This document shows, in pieces, positions 13,274-27,518 of a stretch of 64,000 nucleotides of DNA; position 1 is the stretch's first letter; each line of letters begins with the position of its first letter. The stretch is from NCBI RefSeq assembly GCF_018350175.1, contig NC_058373.1, positions 107,138,001-107,202,000 on the forward strand, in the 5' to 3' direction. The position numbers and the translations under genes were made by a program. The notes beneath the pieces were generated by a model. The model searched no databases. It was not told the DNA's origin and saw only the letters and a program-made list of their open reading frames with translations. The stretch comes from Felis catus (lineage: Eukaryota).

Positions 13274-14653
13274 TAACAATTTTTTTTTCTAATGAGGTGG
13301 AGAGGTGTGTCCCTGCTTAGAAATTGCTACATTGCAATTCCAGATTTCTATGGAATCCTTCAATGGAAAGTTGACCTAACTAGTAATTGGCAAATAAACA
13401 TCATGAAAAAGAGAAATTGTAATAAGAGGAGAAAACTAAGGCATACTTGGCTCAGAAGTCTTAGCTACTGCCAGAATCACTCAGTATTTGCAATAAAAAA
13501 ATTAAAAGCAGGGGAAAGGTAACTGCTTTCCTGTAAAAATAAACCTGCTCGTTTGTGAAACAAAACAAAACTTTGGTTTATATGAGTCCTTGCTTCTCAC
13601 AGATATTATAGGTGTTAAATATTTGTATATGCTATAGCAGTAACACAATTATATAGAAAAGTCCAAAGGGTAAGCTCCTTTCTCTATCAAACTTACAGAT
13701 GTACACTGGTGTCTCATCAGAGCTCCAGACTTTAATATTGAACTGCATTCTTGACATCACTTCTTATATGTCTCAAAGGCACCTTAAATTCAAACTCAAT
13801 GTGCCCAAAAGCAAAATCATTATTTCCCTCACTCCTCAAAATTTGGTCTGCTTCCAGAAATCCCCAAGTGAATCAGTCCACCATCCATCCAGTTCTACCA
13901 CTCAGAAACCTATCATGTTTGACAGCATCTTCTTACTCTACTATTTCGATATATCACCAAGTCCTGCCCATTTTACCTCTTCAGTGTCCCTCAAAACATC
14001 TGTTCCCCTTCATCTCCAACACACTACTCCCCCCCCCAACCCACTCTCACATGGACAACAGCCCTGGCCTCCAAGCACCCACTCTGTTTTTTATACATCT
14101 ACTCTGGCCCCTACCAATCTGTTCTTCATACTTTAGCCAGAGTCATCATTTCAGAATACAAAACCAATCATGTCACAATGCATATCCTGTTTAAAAATCT
14201 TCAGATGTCTCCCTGTTGCTCTTGGGATCAGGACCAAACTCCTTAGAGCCATCTACAATGCTCTACATGATCTCATCTCTACCTACCTCACCAGCTTCTA
14301 TTCAGACTGCACTCTGTCTTACTAGGGAGAGAGGAAGGGAAGTAGACTTGCTTCCAGGGCATAATCTCCAAAAGTGACAACTTTCCAACAATTTTCTTTG
14401 AGATGATTTGTTGGCAAGGCAGTCATTGTGACTGATGACATAATTATGGCAAAAACAAGACAAAAAGGCAAACAGAGAAAGTATATGCTTGCTCTAAACT
14501 TGACACAGCCAGCCTCAAGCACCCCAGCACCATCCCCACCCAAAAAAACATGCACATAGATGTTATAAACCAGACTTATCTATGCTCTTGCCATCTGTGC
14601 TCAGCCATGTTTCTCCTTCCTCAGGACCTTGCAGTGCAGATAAGAATCAAACC

Positions 14654-14866
14654 GGGGCGCCTGGGTGGCGCAGTCGGTTAAGCGTCCGACTTCAGCCAGG
14701 TCACGATCTCGCGGTCTGTGAGTTCGAGCCCCGCGTCAGGCTCTGGGCTGATGGCTCAGAGCCTGGAGCCTGTTTCCGATTCTGTGTCTCCCTCTCTCTC
14801 TGCCCACCCCCACCCCGTTCATGCTCTGTCTCTCTCTGTCCCAAAAATAAATAAACGTTGAAAAAA
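14654..14866 (+). mobile_element. Young felid SINE
   Basis: TSD aagaatcaaacc at 14642-14653 and 14867-14878. Confidence 0.95.
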
Positions 14867-15024
14867 AAGAATCAAACCACTGACTTGTCTTCTAAGCTAG
14901 TGTACTTTCCGCCATTTCATCTTGTCCAACAAGAAGTGTTTCTCCATGTAAATTTAGACATTCTAATGACAAAACTCAAACATACCCAATATTTTTAGAA
15001 AAAGCTTAAAGTATGCTCTATTCA

Positions 15025-15930
15025 GTTTTTTTTCTAATGTAAAATTTCAAATGCATTGAAAACAAAATAGACAATAACCCTCCATATGCATATCCCCCAC
15101 ACTCAAGAATTGTAAACATTTGCCATTATATCATCTATTCCTTTTTGCTTTTCTTTGATGAAGCATTTTTAATAAAATCTAAGATGACATATCATTCTAC
15201 CCATTTTTTAGTTATCTAAAAAAAATATGGACCCTTTCTTATGTAACCATAAGGCTATTCTTATATTTAACAAAATTAACAATAGTTTTTTGGTATCATT
15301 TAATATCCAGTTTATGATCACATTTCCACAATTGTCTCAAAAATCTCTTTTTATCATTCATTTACTGTGTTTGAATCATGATCTAAACAAGGTCCACATA
15401 TTATATTTACTTATTATGTCTCAAATATCTCCCTTTTTCTCCCCTGTGTCATTGGCTTATTACAGAAACCAGGTCAATTGTCCTGTATAATGTCCCATAT
15501 TCTGGATTTATCTTATTTCCTGTGATACCATTTAACCTGTTCCTCTCTCCCCCTATTTCTTATAAACTGTAAATTAGTTCTAAAGCCTTGATTAGACCGA
15601 GGTTCAAGTTTTTAGCAAGAATATTTTATAGGTAGAGCTGTGTGCTTCAAATTGCATCTTATTAAGAAACTCGCAGGGCTCACTGTCTCACTTTTAATTT
15701 TCTTTAATGTTTTATTTATTTTTTGAGAGAGAGACAGAATGCAAGCAGGGGAGGGGCAGACAGAGAGGGAGACACAGAATCTGAAGTAGGCTCCAGGCTC
15801 TGAGCTATCAGCACAGAGCCCGATGCAGGGCTCGAACCCACAAACTGTGAGATCATGACCTGAGCCAAAGTTGGATGCTTAACTGACTGAGCCACCCAGG
15901 CACCCCCTCACTGTCCCATTTTTAATGATA
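15025..15930 (-). mobile_element. Old L1 (L1M-type) 3' fragment with a nested SINE (~15695-15906)
   Basis: Diverged L1 3'-like sequence; the SINE is flanked by ctcactgtc(t/c)ca(c/t)ttttaat duplicates. Confidence 0.65.
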
Positions 15931-17074
15931 CTAAGTATCATTTTATTTTTATCATTATTAATGAAGATTGATAAATTCAACAAATGTTTACCAAATACCT
16001 AGCATGAGCCAGATATATTTCCAGGCTTGGGCATAAAGAAGTAAATATAATAGCAAGGTCCCTGCCTTCATAAGCTTCCATATTTTATCATTTTAATGTT
16101 TGATCTACAGATTCTTTTTAATGTTAGTGTTCACTGTTTAATATGAATTTTATGTTTAAATCATACATATAAATATATGTATTTGTATATTTGCATGTAC
16201 GTGTGTAAAATCACATACACACATCTTTTATCTATTTCTCATACTTATTAGATGTTGCCTGATTTGGGGGGTATCTTTCCAGGCCATAACTCAAGTCCCC
16301 TTTGGTGAGAACTGGCCCTCCCCACAAATTTGTAGTAATTGGCTTGTCCCCTTGACCATACATGGTTGAATGAGGAATGGACACCTGACCGGCCATAGCC
16401 AATCACAATCTCTCTTGAGAATGGTAAGCAGAGAGACACTGCAAGTGCGAATAGTGGCATGGGTTCTGACAGATTTCTAACTTCTGGTCATTTCCTTTCC
16501 ATATAACCTTATTTAATGATCAACTTCTTTTTGGATTTCATAGTCTATCTCTGTGTTTTTTCCCCCCTTTCCTTTTTTGGCTAAGCTATTCCCAGTTATT
16601 TTCTGTTACTGGCAATCAAAAGAACTTTACAACATTGACTGTGATCCAGTGTGTGAGAAAGATCAGATGTCATCGACAAATAATGTCTTTTTTTTTAGGT
16701 GAACACTTTCTTAATGCTTCTGAACGTAAGCCTTTCAGCCAGGCCTGTGTGTAAATTTAGTAAGCTGCAGCCCACTGAGTTAATTGATAGTTACTACATT
16801 CAACACCATCCCTACCAAAAAGCTGCCACCCTAGCTTGCCAAGGTGTTTTCCTTCCCCCTATGAATTCCCATCCCTACAGTCATTCTTTTTATGGAACAA
16901 TAAAGATTAAAGCATTATCTTCAGATGTCAGATATGCATTATCATACAGAGGAAGTGGGATACTAAAAGGAGGACCCTAGACCTTCCCCCTTTCCTTTCA
17001 TTTAACATACCTGAATAATTTATCGACTTAGCAAACTGACATCAAATTTCAATAAAAGTTACATGAGATTAGTG

Positions 17075-19040
17075 TCCAACGTCACTAATCATCAGGGAAG
17101 TGCAAATCAAAACCACAATGAGATATTTATGTCTGTTAGGATGGCTCTTACGGAAGGATAAAAAGTGTTGGTAAGAATGTGGAGAAAAGGGAATCTTTGT
17201 ATACTGTTGGTGGGAATGTAAATTGGTGCAGTCACTGTGGAAAACAGTATGGAGCTTTCTTTAAAAATTAAAAATTTTCATAATGATTCAGTAATTCTAC
17301 TTTTGGGTATATACCCAAAGGAAATGAAATCAGTATCTCGAAGAGATATCTGTATCCCCATGTTTATCATAGCATTATTCACAATATTCAAGACATAGGA
17401 AAAAACCTAACAGTCTATCAACAGATGAATGGATAATGAAAATGTTACACACACACACACAGACACACACACACACACACACCCAGGAATATTATTCAGC
17501 CACAACAAAGAAAACAATCCTGCCATTTGCATCAACATGAATGAAACTGTAGGACAATTAGCTAAGTAAAATAAGCCAGACACAAAAATACAAATACCGT
17601 AGGTTCTCACTTATATATGGGAATACAAAAAAACTCTATCTCTTGGAACCAGAAAGTAGGAAGGTGGTTGCCAGGGGCTGGGGGTGGGGAGAAATGAGGT
17701 GATGTTGGTCAAAGGGTACAAACTTTCAGTTATAAGATGAAGTGAGATCTACTATACAGAATGAGGGTTATAGCTAATAACACTGTACTGTAGGGGCACT
17801 GGGTGTCTCAGTTGGGTAAGCTTCCAACTTCAGCTCAGGTCATGATCTCATGGTTTGTGAGCTCAAGCCCCACATCAGGCTCTGTCTGTGCTGACAGCTC
17901 AGAGCCTGAAGCCTGTTTTGGATTCTGTGTCTCCCTCTCTCTCTGCCCCTCCCCCACTCATGCTCGCTCGCACGCTCTCTCTCTCTCTCAAAAATAAATA
18001 AGCATTTAAAAAGTAAAAAAGCATATTTAAAAAAAATAATACTGTACTGTATACTTGAAATCTGCTAAGAAAGTAAATCTTAAGTGTTCTCACCACACAC
18101 ACAAATAATAACTATGTGAGGTGACAGACGCGTGAATTAACTTTCTTGGCATAATCATTTCTCAATGGATATATATATTAAATCATCATGTTGTACACCT
18201 TAAATATATACATTTTAAGTTGTTAATTATAACTCAAAAAATCTGGAAAAGTAAAAGAAAAAAGAAACAAAAGGTGACAACCACAAGTGCTGGCAAAAAT
18301 GTGGAAAAACTGGATCATCCGTGCATTCATTGCTGGTAAGAATGTAAAATGGTATAGCCACTCTAGGAAAAGTTCGGCAGTTTATTCTAAAAACTAAACA
18401 TAAAACTATCATACTACCCAGCAATTACACTCCTGAGCATTTATTGCAGAGAAATAAAAACTTATGCTAACACAAAACCTATATACAAAAGTTGATAGCA
18501 GCTGTATTCATAATAGCCAAAACCCAGAAATAATGTAGATATCCTTCAATGGATGAATGGTTAAACAAATGGTTGTAAATCCATAGCATGGAATATTATT
18601 TAGCAATTTTAAAAAGAACAAACTGTTAAAAAAAGAACAAATTATTGATAGAACAACCTGAATGACTCTCCAGAGAATTTTGCTAAGTGAAAAAAAAGTA
18701 ATCTCAGAAGTTTACATACTGTATGGTTCCATTCATGCAACATTCTTGAAATGAAAAATTATAGAGATGAAGAACAGATTGGTGGTTGCCAGGCAGGGGA
18801 GCACTGAAGGAAAGAGAGCGTGGTTTTTAAAGGAAAGCATGATAAATCCTGTTGGTAATGGAAATGTTCTGTACCTTGATTGCATTCTGGTACTATAGTT
18901 TTGCAGGATGCTACCATTGAAAGAAACTGGGTAAAAGGTATATGGGACCTCTCAGAATTATTTCCTATAATTGTATATAAATCTAAAATTATCTCAAAAT
19001 AAAGAGCTTACTAAAAGAAAAAATTTTTTTTCAATAAAAA
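17075..19040 (+). mobile_element. Two L1 3' fragments (~17075-18230, ~18270-19040) with a nested SINE at ~17793-18035
   Basis: ORF2-end sequence (caaatcaaaaccacaatgaga...ggtgggaatgtaaattggtgcag). SINE TSD aataa(c/t)actgtactgta. Confidence 0.85.
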
Positions 19041-19286
19041 GAGAGAGTGAGGCCATGCCAATAATTATACCTTGAGAAGTTAGAGGGCAGGAAGGGGAAA
19101 GGGTGTTGATGATTAAAGAGTGGAGTATGAAATTCTTGTTTACAAATTATGACTCTACACCATATGAATGTTATCAGTATTCATCTACCACCAGTAATGG
19201 TGTTTGTATTGCCAGCTGATAGGCAGGTGATCCAGTTCTAAAATCCCAATTTACATTCTGCTTGATTAGAGCGTTCATAGTATCAA

Positions 19287-19959
19287 CTGTCTAGGTTAGG
19301 TTTCCTAGGAAATAGACTCTGACATGGTGATTCGTGCAAGGCATTTTACTGGGAGTAGCCTCAGGAACATACCTGAAGGGAGTGAGGGGAACAAGTTCGG
19401 GCAGAGGAAGAAATTGACCTGTGATATAGTCACAACTGAGGTCTTAGTCCCACAGGAAGCTCTGGAGTTGAGATAGTCCTTCAGAGTTGTCCTAAACTGA
19501 AGCAAGAGAGTCAGGCCTTTCTACTCTCTAAACAATTTTTATTTATTCATTTATTTAAATTCAAGTTCATTTACATACAGTGTAGTCTTGGCTTCAGGAG
19601 TAGAACTCAGTGATTCATCTCTTTCATGACACCCAGCGCTCATCCCAACAAGTGCCCTCCTTAATGCCCATCACCCATTCAACCTATCCCCCTACCCACT
19701 TCCCCTCCAGCAACCCTAAGTTTGTTCTCTGTATTTAAGAGTCTCTTATGGTTTGCCTCCCTCTCTGTATTTGTCTTATTTTTGCTTCCCTTCCCCTCTG
19801 TTCATCTGTTTTGTTTCTTAAATTCTACATATGAGTGAAATCATATGGTATTTGTCTTTCTCTCATTGACTCATTTCATTTAGCATAATACACTCTAGTT
19901 CCATCCATGTTGTTGCAAATGTCAAGATTTCATTCTTTTTCATTGCTGAATAGTATTCC

Positions 19960-19996
<37 letters not shown>

Positions 19997-20305
19997 ATAT
20001 ATACCACATGTTCTTTATCCATTCATCAGTCAGTGGACATTTGGGCCCTTTCCATAATTTGGCTATTATTGATAGTGCTGCTATAAACATTGGGGTGCAT
20101 GTGCCCCTTGGAATCAGTATTTTTGTATCCTTTGGATAAATTCTTAGTAGTGCAGTTGCCAGATCATAGGGTAGTTCTATTTTTAATTGTTTGAAGAACC
20201 TCCATACTGTAGTCATTAGATACATGCTGTGGGTCTGGAAGTTACAGGAATGAGTGCTCTGGTCATGAGGAAGGGATCTAGGCAGCACACCACAGCATCC
20301 ATTAC
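19287..20305. mobile_element. ERVL-class solo LTR (LTR16-like) split by a minus-strand carnivore L1 (~19531-20208)
   Basis: tgtctaggttaggtttcctaggaaatagactctga... start and ...cacagcatccattaca end. The internal L1 gives an ORF2-like peptide (TVWRFFKQLKIELPYD) on the minus strand and carries a (TG)n. Confidence 0.65.
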
Positions 20306-23300
20306 ATCAAATTTCTACAAAAAGCAATGATATGGGGGGAAATGGAGGGAGCCTATTATAGAGTAAAGAGATTTAAAAGGCAGAATGACTAAATGTAATG
20401 TGTGGGCTTTGCTTTGATCTTCATGCACACAAACCAACCATAAAAAAAGCATCTTTGAGATAACTGGGGAAATTTTTGCATGTGGAATGAATAGTAGAGG
20501 AAATTATGTCATTATTATTGGTTTTGTTACATGTGATAATGGCATCATGGCTATGTAAAAAAAAGCCTTGCCTACTTAAGATGCAGACTAAGATAAAGGT
20601 GAAATGACATGATGTCTGGAATTTGCATGAAAATATTTCAGGAAAATAGTAGAGGAAGGAGGAATTATAACAAGATCCAAAAAATGTTGATAATTATTAA
20701 AGCTGAGTGGTAGGTCATAAACATTCATTCTGCTATTCTCTCCACATTTGCTTAAAACTCCATAATAAAAATATTTAAGGACATATAATGGGTAGTCGTG
20801 GTGTGCCACCAACCACTGCCCCCAAGCACTGCCAGATCTATTGCTGCCACTGGAGCCACAGGCTCCCTTCCATGGTGTTTCTCAAGGTAGAAAACTATGT
20901 CCAAATTTAAAATACTAGATAGGAATTTTGGGGAGAGTCTAACTCTTTAGAACACAACTAGAACTATCAAAGACTACTAAAGACAAAACTTTTCTGTATA
21001 TTGTTCATCAAATGATACCCAGAGCCTAGCACACTGCTTGGCCCAGCATAGGTGATGAATAAATGTGGAAATTAAGATGCAAGAAATATTCTCTGGCTTC
21101 TCCTTCCTGTCACCACCCACCACTCCCTTAGCTTGTTTCTATCCTTTGGACTCTCTGGATTCTATTAGAATCTGTGCCCAATGGAACAGGGTCATGAGTT
21201 CCTGCTGTCTTGTTTTTGGCCTTGTATGAGCATTGGTGCTTCATATGCAACTCTTACTCTTATTGCTATCATCAATAATGACCTCCTCCTCTTCAAAAAC
21301 AACTCCCCTTCCAAGTGGGTGTTCCACATAAGTGAAATGTTGGAGAGGAGCAGTAATAGGTAAAACATGTTTCAGAGAAAGCAAGACAGCAGGAAGTTGG
21401 GGAGGGGAAAGCTGAGCTCTACTGCAACCGGGTAGAGAAACAGGGAGGGAAGAGAAAGGGAGTGAAATCAGGGCAGATTGAAAAATTCTGAAGATCTGCG
21501 GGAAAAAGCGTCAGACTTCTGGCCAGGAACTGAAGTGTGTGTCTGCAAAATATGTATAGCCAAGTAACTAACTGCTTCAACATCCCAATATCCTTTCTCT
21601 AGGCCCCATAAGAACGGTTTTCCCACACCTTCCACCCCCCTTTCCTCAGCAAAGTCCAAAATCAGCAGTCAGTGTTGACATCAATGTGCAAAGGGCTAGA
21701 GCCCCAGGTAAAACAAAAGACGCCTGCAAAAAGGCAAATGAGAAAGGAACTCAAGGAAAGTTCACGATGGAAAAATAAACACAGGCAAAACAAACATCCA
21801 CAGAGAGGAGAGAGAGGGAAACCAAAAAGACAAGATCAGCCAGAAAAAATAAGAACAAAAACAATGAGAAAAGCCAAGAACAGGAAAAAAAATAAAAAAG
21901 GATGAACTAAAATAAAATACAGGCATAATCCTCCAAAGAGAAGTGTAGGAAAAGACAAGGACAGAATTAGCACTGGCGGGGTGGGGGCAGGGGGCAGGCA
22001 CCGAGTTAAAAGCTTTTGCACACATTGTCTCAATCTTCACACCGTTGTGAAGAGCGAATGTTGGTAATAACCATTTTGCAGAGGTAAAAGTAGAGGCTTA
22101 GACTTTTAAGTTATTTGTCTAAAGATATACAGATAGAAAATGGTGGAGCAGAATTTGAACACCATTCTGCTCATTTCAAAACATACATTGTCTCACAGGC
22201 TATCTTAGGTTTGAAAGTATGACAAATACAACTTCTAAATTTGGTTGACTACATTCATTAGTAGTAATAACTATGTGTTCAATTGCTCCCTAATTTGGGA
22301 TCATTTCTTGAAACAGATCCTGAACATTTTTATTTCATCAAAAATATTATCCTTTACAACTCACTCAAACTCCTACATTTGATGTAGAAATCTCTCCCCT
22401 CAGAGATAAACCATCTAATTATATCCAAACAGCTAAGGTAAAAGGAGACAGCACTACCTGCACCTGTTCAGGTGACTCTAAAGCTGTTTTGTTTTGTTTT
22501 TTTTAATTCCATTGAGTCCAATCTAAGAAGGCTTAAAATTACAGAGGGAAAGGGTCAGGGCCAGCAGGACACTGAAACTGTCTCCAATATGAAAACATCC
22601 TTGATGCTAATGATTAGAGAGTGGGAGCGGTGGATGTGTGGATCTGGTGTGGGTGTGATGCATCTTATATCCCCATTAGATCATAAGTTTCTGGAGAGCA
22701 AGTTCTCATATACTACACCTTTATTTGTCCTTAAAATCCACAGTTACTCAAAGAGTAGTCAAATAACTAAATGAATATTGGGTGTTATAGCTTTGTGCAT
22801 TTGGGCAGTGTCCAAACACCCTTTTCCTTTTGAAAAGTAAAGTTACTCTTAAATTTCATTTTTAAATCTAGGAGAGGGAAATCAGGACAATAGCTAACTT
22901 TTGGAACTAAACTAGCTTCTTTTTTAGCAAAAAGGAAAGTAGTCAAGGGGGCCCTTAGGAGATATCAGGAAGAAGTGCCAATCTGACAGCAGTCACAGGA
23001 TATTGGTTCTTTATCCCTTAGATTTCTTCCCTACCAATTTTTCAGTGTGTTCCCAACCTTCAGAGTTCTTTTATTTTATATTTAGTAGTATAGGACACAT
23101 AAGTAGGATACAGAGTCTGTGCAGACACATGACTAGCAAGTCTGGTCTTCCAGTGAGAATTCTTGAGCCTGTGGAAGTTTAGATCCTTCCACAAAGAGCC
23201 CCTTCTCCAACATGACTTTACAGGCCCCTCAGATTTACTGGCTGAGCTCAGAATACAGTGTTGATTTTCCTGGTTCATAAAGCCAGGCAGAGTTCCTGTT

Positions 23301-23919
23301 GCCAGACAGGTGTATTTGTTTTTGAATGATAAGAACATTCACTTGCTCTCAGTTTAGGCTAATAATAAACACTTTAGACATCCTTCTAAGTCTGAAAGAG
23401 AGGAAAGAATAAAAAAAAAAAAACTCTCAGACAACAAAGTCTGTTAATGAACTCCTATTCCTTAGAGAACATATGGCCTTGTACAAGAGGTAGGTGCTTG
23501 CTGGCTAACCTTTCTGGCAAGCAAACCCTCTGCATATTGCTTTTGAAAACTCTCTCCCATCAATAAAGGCCTGAGGTTGGTTTAAGCTAATTAAAAAGAG
23601 AGGAGATTTTGAATGTCAGGAGAAATAGAATAATTAAAACAAGAGTATATTGGCCCTAAAAAGAAACCAGAGAGAGTCAGTGCCAGTGAGGAAACCTTTT
23701 CCACCACTTTTAGCCCAGCAGGCTGAAAACATGCTGCCTGTGACAGTGGAGGTGTGATAAAATCAACAGTAGCAAAAGCAGACACAGTGAGGTAACCAGG
23801 GAAAAATACATGTAACAAAGGAAAATTCAAGAAGAATGAAAACAAAACAATTTTGCTTGTCCTTCAGACAGCTTAAAAACCTAATCCTTAAAACAAGGTG
23901 GTTTAGAAAGTGATGTACA

Positions 23920-24212
23920 GGGGTGCCTGGGTGGCTCAGTCGGTTAAGTGTCTGACTCTTGATGTCAGCTCAGGTCATGATCTCACGGTTCGTGAGTTCG
24001 AGCTTGGCATCAGGCTCTGTGCTAACAGCTCAGAGCCTGGAGCCTGATTCAGATTCTGTGTCTCCCTTTCTCTCTGCCCCTCCCCTGCTCATGCTCTGTC
24101 TCTCTCTCAAAAATAAATAAACATTAAAAAATAATAATAATAAATTTTTAAAAAGTATTTAGGGGTAAAGTGTCTACAACCTACTTAAATAGCTCAGAGA
24201 TAGATAGATATC

Positions 24213-24253
<41 letters not shown>
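23920..24253 (+). repeat. Can-SINE (~23920-24145) and an (AGAT)n tetranucleotide STR (~24197-24253)
   Basis: Read directly from the sequence. Confidence 0.9.
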
Positions 24254-24254
<1 letters not shown>

Positions 24255-25401
24255 TGTGTATGTGTATATATATATACATGTGTGTATATACCTATTAATG
24301 TGTATTTAATGGTTTTGTATATAGAATGAAAGATAAGGCAAAACATGTAAATAATTTATTGAAACTTAATGGGGGAGTTGTGAGGTATTATTCTTTCTCT
24401 TTTTCTGTATGCTGAGATTTTTCATGATTAAAAACTTAAAAATATGAATAGAAAAAAAGAAAAATGGAAAGAAAGAGAAGTGGGTGGGGGAAGGAAGGAA
24501 GGAAGCAAGTCTTCCTTAAGACCCTGAAAGATGTGGGTTTAGCTGGTTTGATCATTCTGGAAACTTTAAGGGTCAATAATAGCTCATAACATTACATTTT
24601 AACCATCCCATGTCCAATTATTGTAGTTTACACAATCCCTTTATGATCATCTGATACTACCTTCCCTGGACTTCTCCATGAACTTTCACAAAGAACCTTC
24701 TCTTTCAGAGTCCTCCAAAGTTTAGCTGCAAGGCTCTCTACAGCTAATTACTCCATGGGTCTGGTTTGTAGATGTGGTCTGCCTTAGCCAGAGTATTTCA
24801 CATCTGCTCTTCTGTGCAGTTACAGGGTATCCTCTTATTGTTGACCACCTGTCTTCAGTTAGTTAAGGTAGATATTGTTGACTGGATGACCCAGTCAGCA
24901 CATGTGAAAATGCGTTCTTCTGGATAAGTTCTTGTTTTCTGCATAAAATGGGCCTTTTCACCACTTTGCCCCTAAGCCTTAGCTCCTTTTGTCTTTCTGC
25001 CTGAATGGAATACAAACAAGAATGATGTCTGGAACCACAGCAGCCATCTTAAGATCCTAAGGTGACCATAATAAGAATGTGGAATGGAAAGAAGAAAAAG
25101 GTCTAGGTTCCTGATGGCATCAGTGAACCACCAACCAGTCTCAACAAATAACACCCTGTAAGACTGAAACCTTGTAGAAGGGTTTTCTATAATGTGCAGC
25201 CAAAAGCATGTCCAATTGACCTGATGGATTTGCCACCTCCTAGTAGATTTGGTCCTGGCATAATTAGAGTCACTCCCAGCCTCATATTCCTCACTGATGA
25301 TGCCCTAATCAGAACTTGGGCTGCCACAGATTGTCTTTCATGTGTCACATTTTCCCCACTGTAATGGGGGACACGTCTGAGGCTCTGAGCTTGACTGTTT
25401 T

Positions 25402-25455
25402 TTTTCTTTTCTTTTCTTTTCTTTTCTTTTCTTTTCTTTTCTTTTCTTTTCTTTG
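25402..25455. repeat. (TTTTC)n pentanucleotide repeat
   Basis: Read directly from the sequence. Confidence 0.95.
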
Positions 25456-26674
25456 AATTCTTATTTTGAAAGTACATGATTTTTTTCAAATTACTGGGTT
25501 GGGCCAGACTCTTTAAGAGTCGGCAACCTTGCTCCTTTTACCCCTAGAGAATTATCCAAATATTGAGCTGAAGAATGGAATACAGTCTATGAGTGCTGGT
25601 AAGTGCAGCCGTGAAATCTTTCAAGAAATAAATCTTCTTGTGGCCTGTAGAAACATCTGGAGACTCTGGGAGAAGAATCCTGGTATTCTTATTAGACAGA
25701 AGATAGGGAGAAAATACATACTTTGGTTTTTTAAACTTCCAAAGAACAGTTTAAGTAAATAAGGTTCAGCTAGTAATTGGGTAGTAATTAGCTAGTAATT
25801 GCTCTAAAGTGCAAACCAAGACAGAACAACTTTCTTTACCCTTAGTCTGTAGGCCTCAGCTTTGGACTGGGCCCCCAAATGCTTTCTGTTTTGGAAACCC
25901 CAAATCATACAAAATTCAGTAGGTCTGGGGTTTGAACATATGAATAAAACAAGCCAAGTTTCCGCCTGACCTTGGCTAACCTTGAAATCGATCATTCTTC
26001 CAGTGCTGGTCTGGCTAACAGTGAAACTTGTGGTTTCATCTTGGTTTCACCACAAAACTTTGTGATGAAACACTAAGACCCACTGAGATTTGCACTTCCA
26101 TTCCTGTCTTGTTTCAAAATCTTTTTGCAAAATCTGATGACTTCTATAGCATATGACTCTGTAAATCTTCAATTTCTCTTCTGTTCCACAGAAACTCAGA
26201 ATGAAATTTCTGCCCAGCAACATTTTTGGAGAACCCAATGATGAAAAAGCAGAAAATGCTAAAATCCATTTAGTGTAAAATGAGGAAATTTCTAAGATAT
26301 GATGCAAATCTACATGATAGTACTATTAGACCAACTATAACAACAATTCAATTTGAAAGTCACATTTGAAAAAATTTCTGGGGGTTGCATATTATGGGAT
26401 AGAGTTGTTAGAGGACAGAAGCCCCAAAATTGATATATGTCCCAGACTAAGAGTACAAGAAACATATAACTGGTATATTATCCTGAAGGGTCCTGAGAAG
26501 CCAAAAATCTGAACATGCAATCATTAGCAAAGTCAAAATACGTCAATCTCGTGAGCTGATTGTACCATTGTAGGTGTAAGAAGTAACATCTCCATTCTGT
26601 GTTCTGGCTTGGCATTGATGTAGGTACAGACAAGAGTGCTAAATATCATGTAATCTCATGCAATATAGATTCTT

Positions 26675-27117
26675 TTTTTTATTAAGGTATATTTGACACA
26701 TAACATTATATTAGTTTCAGGTGTTCAACATGATTCTGCATTCATATATATTGCAAAAATAAGGTTAGAAGCACGTGGGTGGCTCAGTTGGTTAAGTGTC
26801 TGACTCTTGGTTTTGACTCAGGTCATGATCCCAGGGTCATGGGATTGAGCCCCACATTGGGCTCTATGCTAATTGTGGAGCCTGCTTAGGATTCTCTCTC
26901 CTTCAGTCCCTCTACCCCACTCATGTTATCCCTCTCTTAAAAACAAGGCTAGTCAACATCCACAATATAGATTCTTCATTTTTTAGAAAAAATTTTAAGT
27001 AGGCTTCATGCCCAACACAGACCCCAATGCAGAACTTGAACTCATGCCCCTGAGATCAAGAACTGAGCTGAAATCAAGAGTCAGACACTTAACTGACTGA
27101 GCCACCCAGGTGCCCCT
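26675..27117. mobile_element. Nested cluster: L1 tail fragment (-), SINE (+, ~26770-26945) and SINE (-, ~26977-27117)
   Basis: Three copies of the target site caatataga(t/a)tctt delimit the insertions. Confidence 0.8.
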
Positions 27118-27518
27118 CAATATAGAATCTTGTCAAGCACCCATCATTTTTCCATAAAATCTGAATTCCAGCACCATGGTGTTATAGTCCTGAGCTGCAC
27201 ATAACCAGAAATAAAAACAGAAAGCTCACTCTGCCTTGAGCCCCTTCCAAATCTGAATCCTATTTTGTAGGTTTAAAAATTTTAGCCACAAAAATCTATT
27301 AACCAACTTTGGAACAAAGGAAGAGAATTTTTGTTTTAGCCCAAAAGACTCTTTTGTGAATTATGCATGATGTTTTTCCAGCGCTAGGAAAAGGGAGCCA
27401 GGGCAGGAGAAATACATGCCACCAGCTTCTATAAAATTCTAAAAGCAGATAACTGGTCTCATCATGTCAAGAACATACTAAAGACAATCCTTGGGTGAGT
27501 TATAACCTAGGGACCAAC

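Noticed and set aside
20793..20885. Short GC-richer stretch resembling a decayed 5' UTR or retrocopy fragment
   Set aside because: No source gene, poly-A or TSD could be identified.
21672..21905. Lys/Arg-rich 77-aa ORF
   Set aside because: It arises from A-rich low-complexity sequence; no splice structure or homology recognised.
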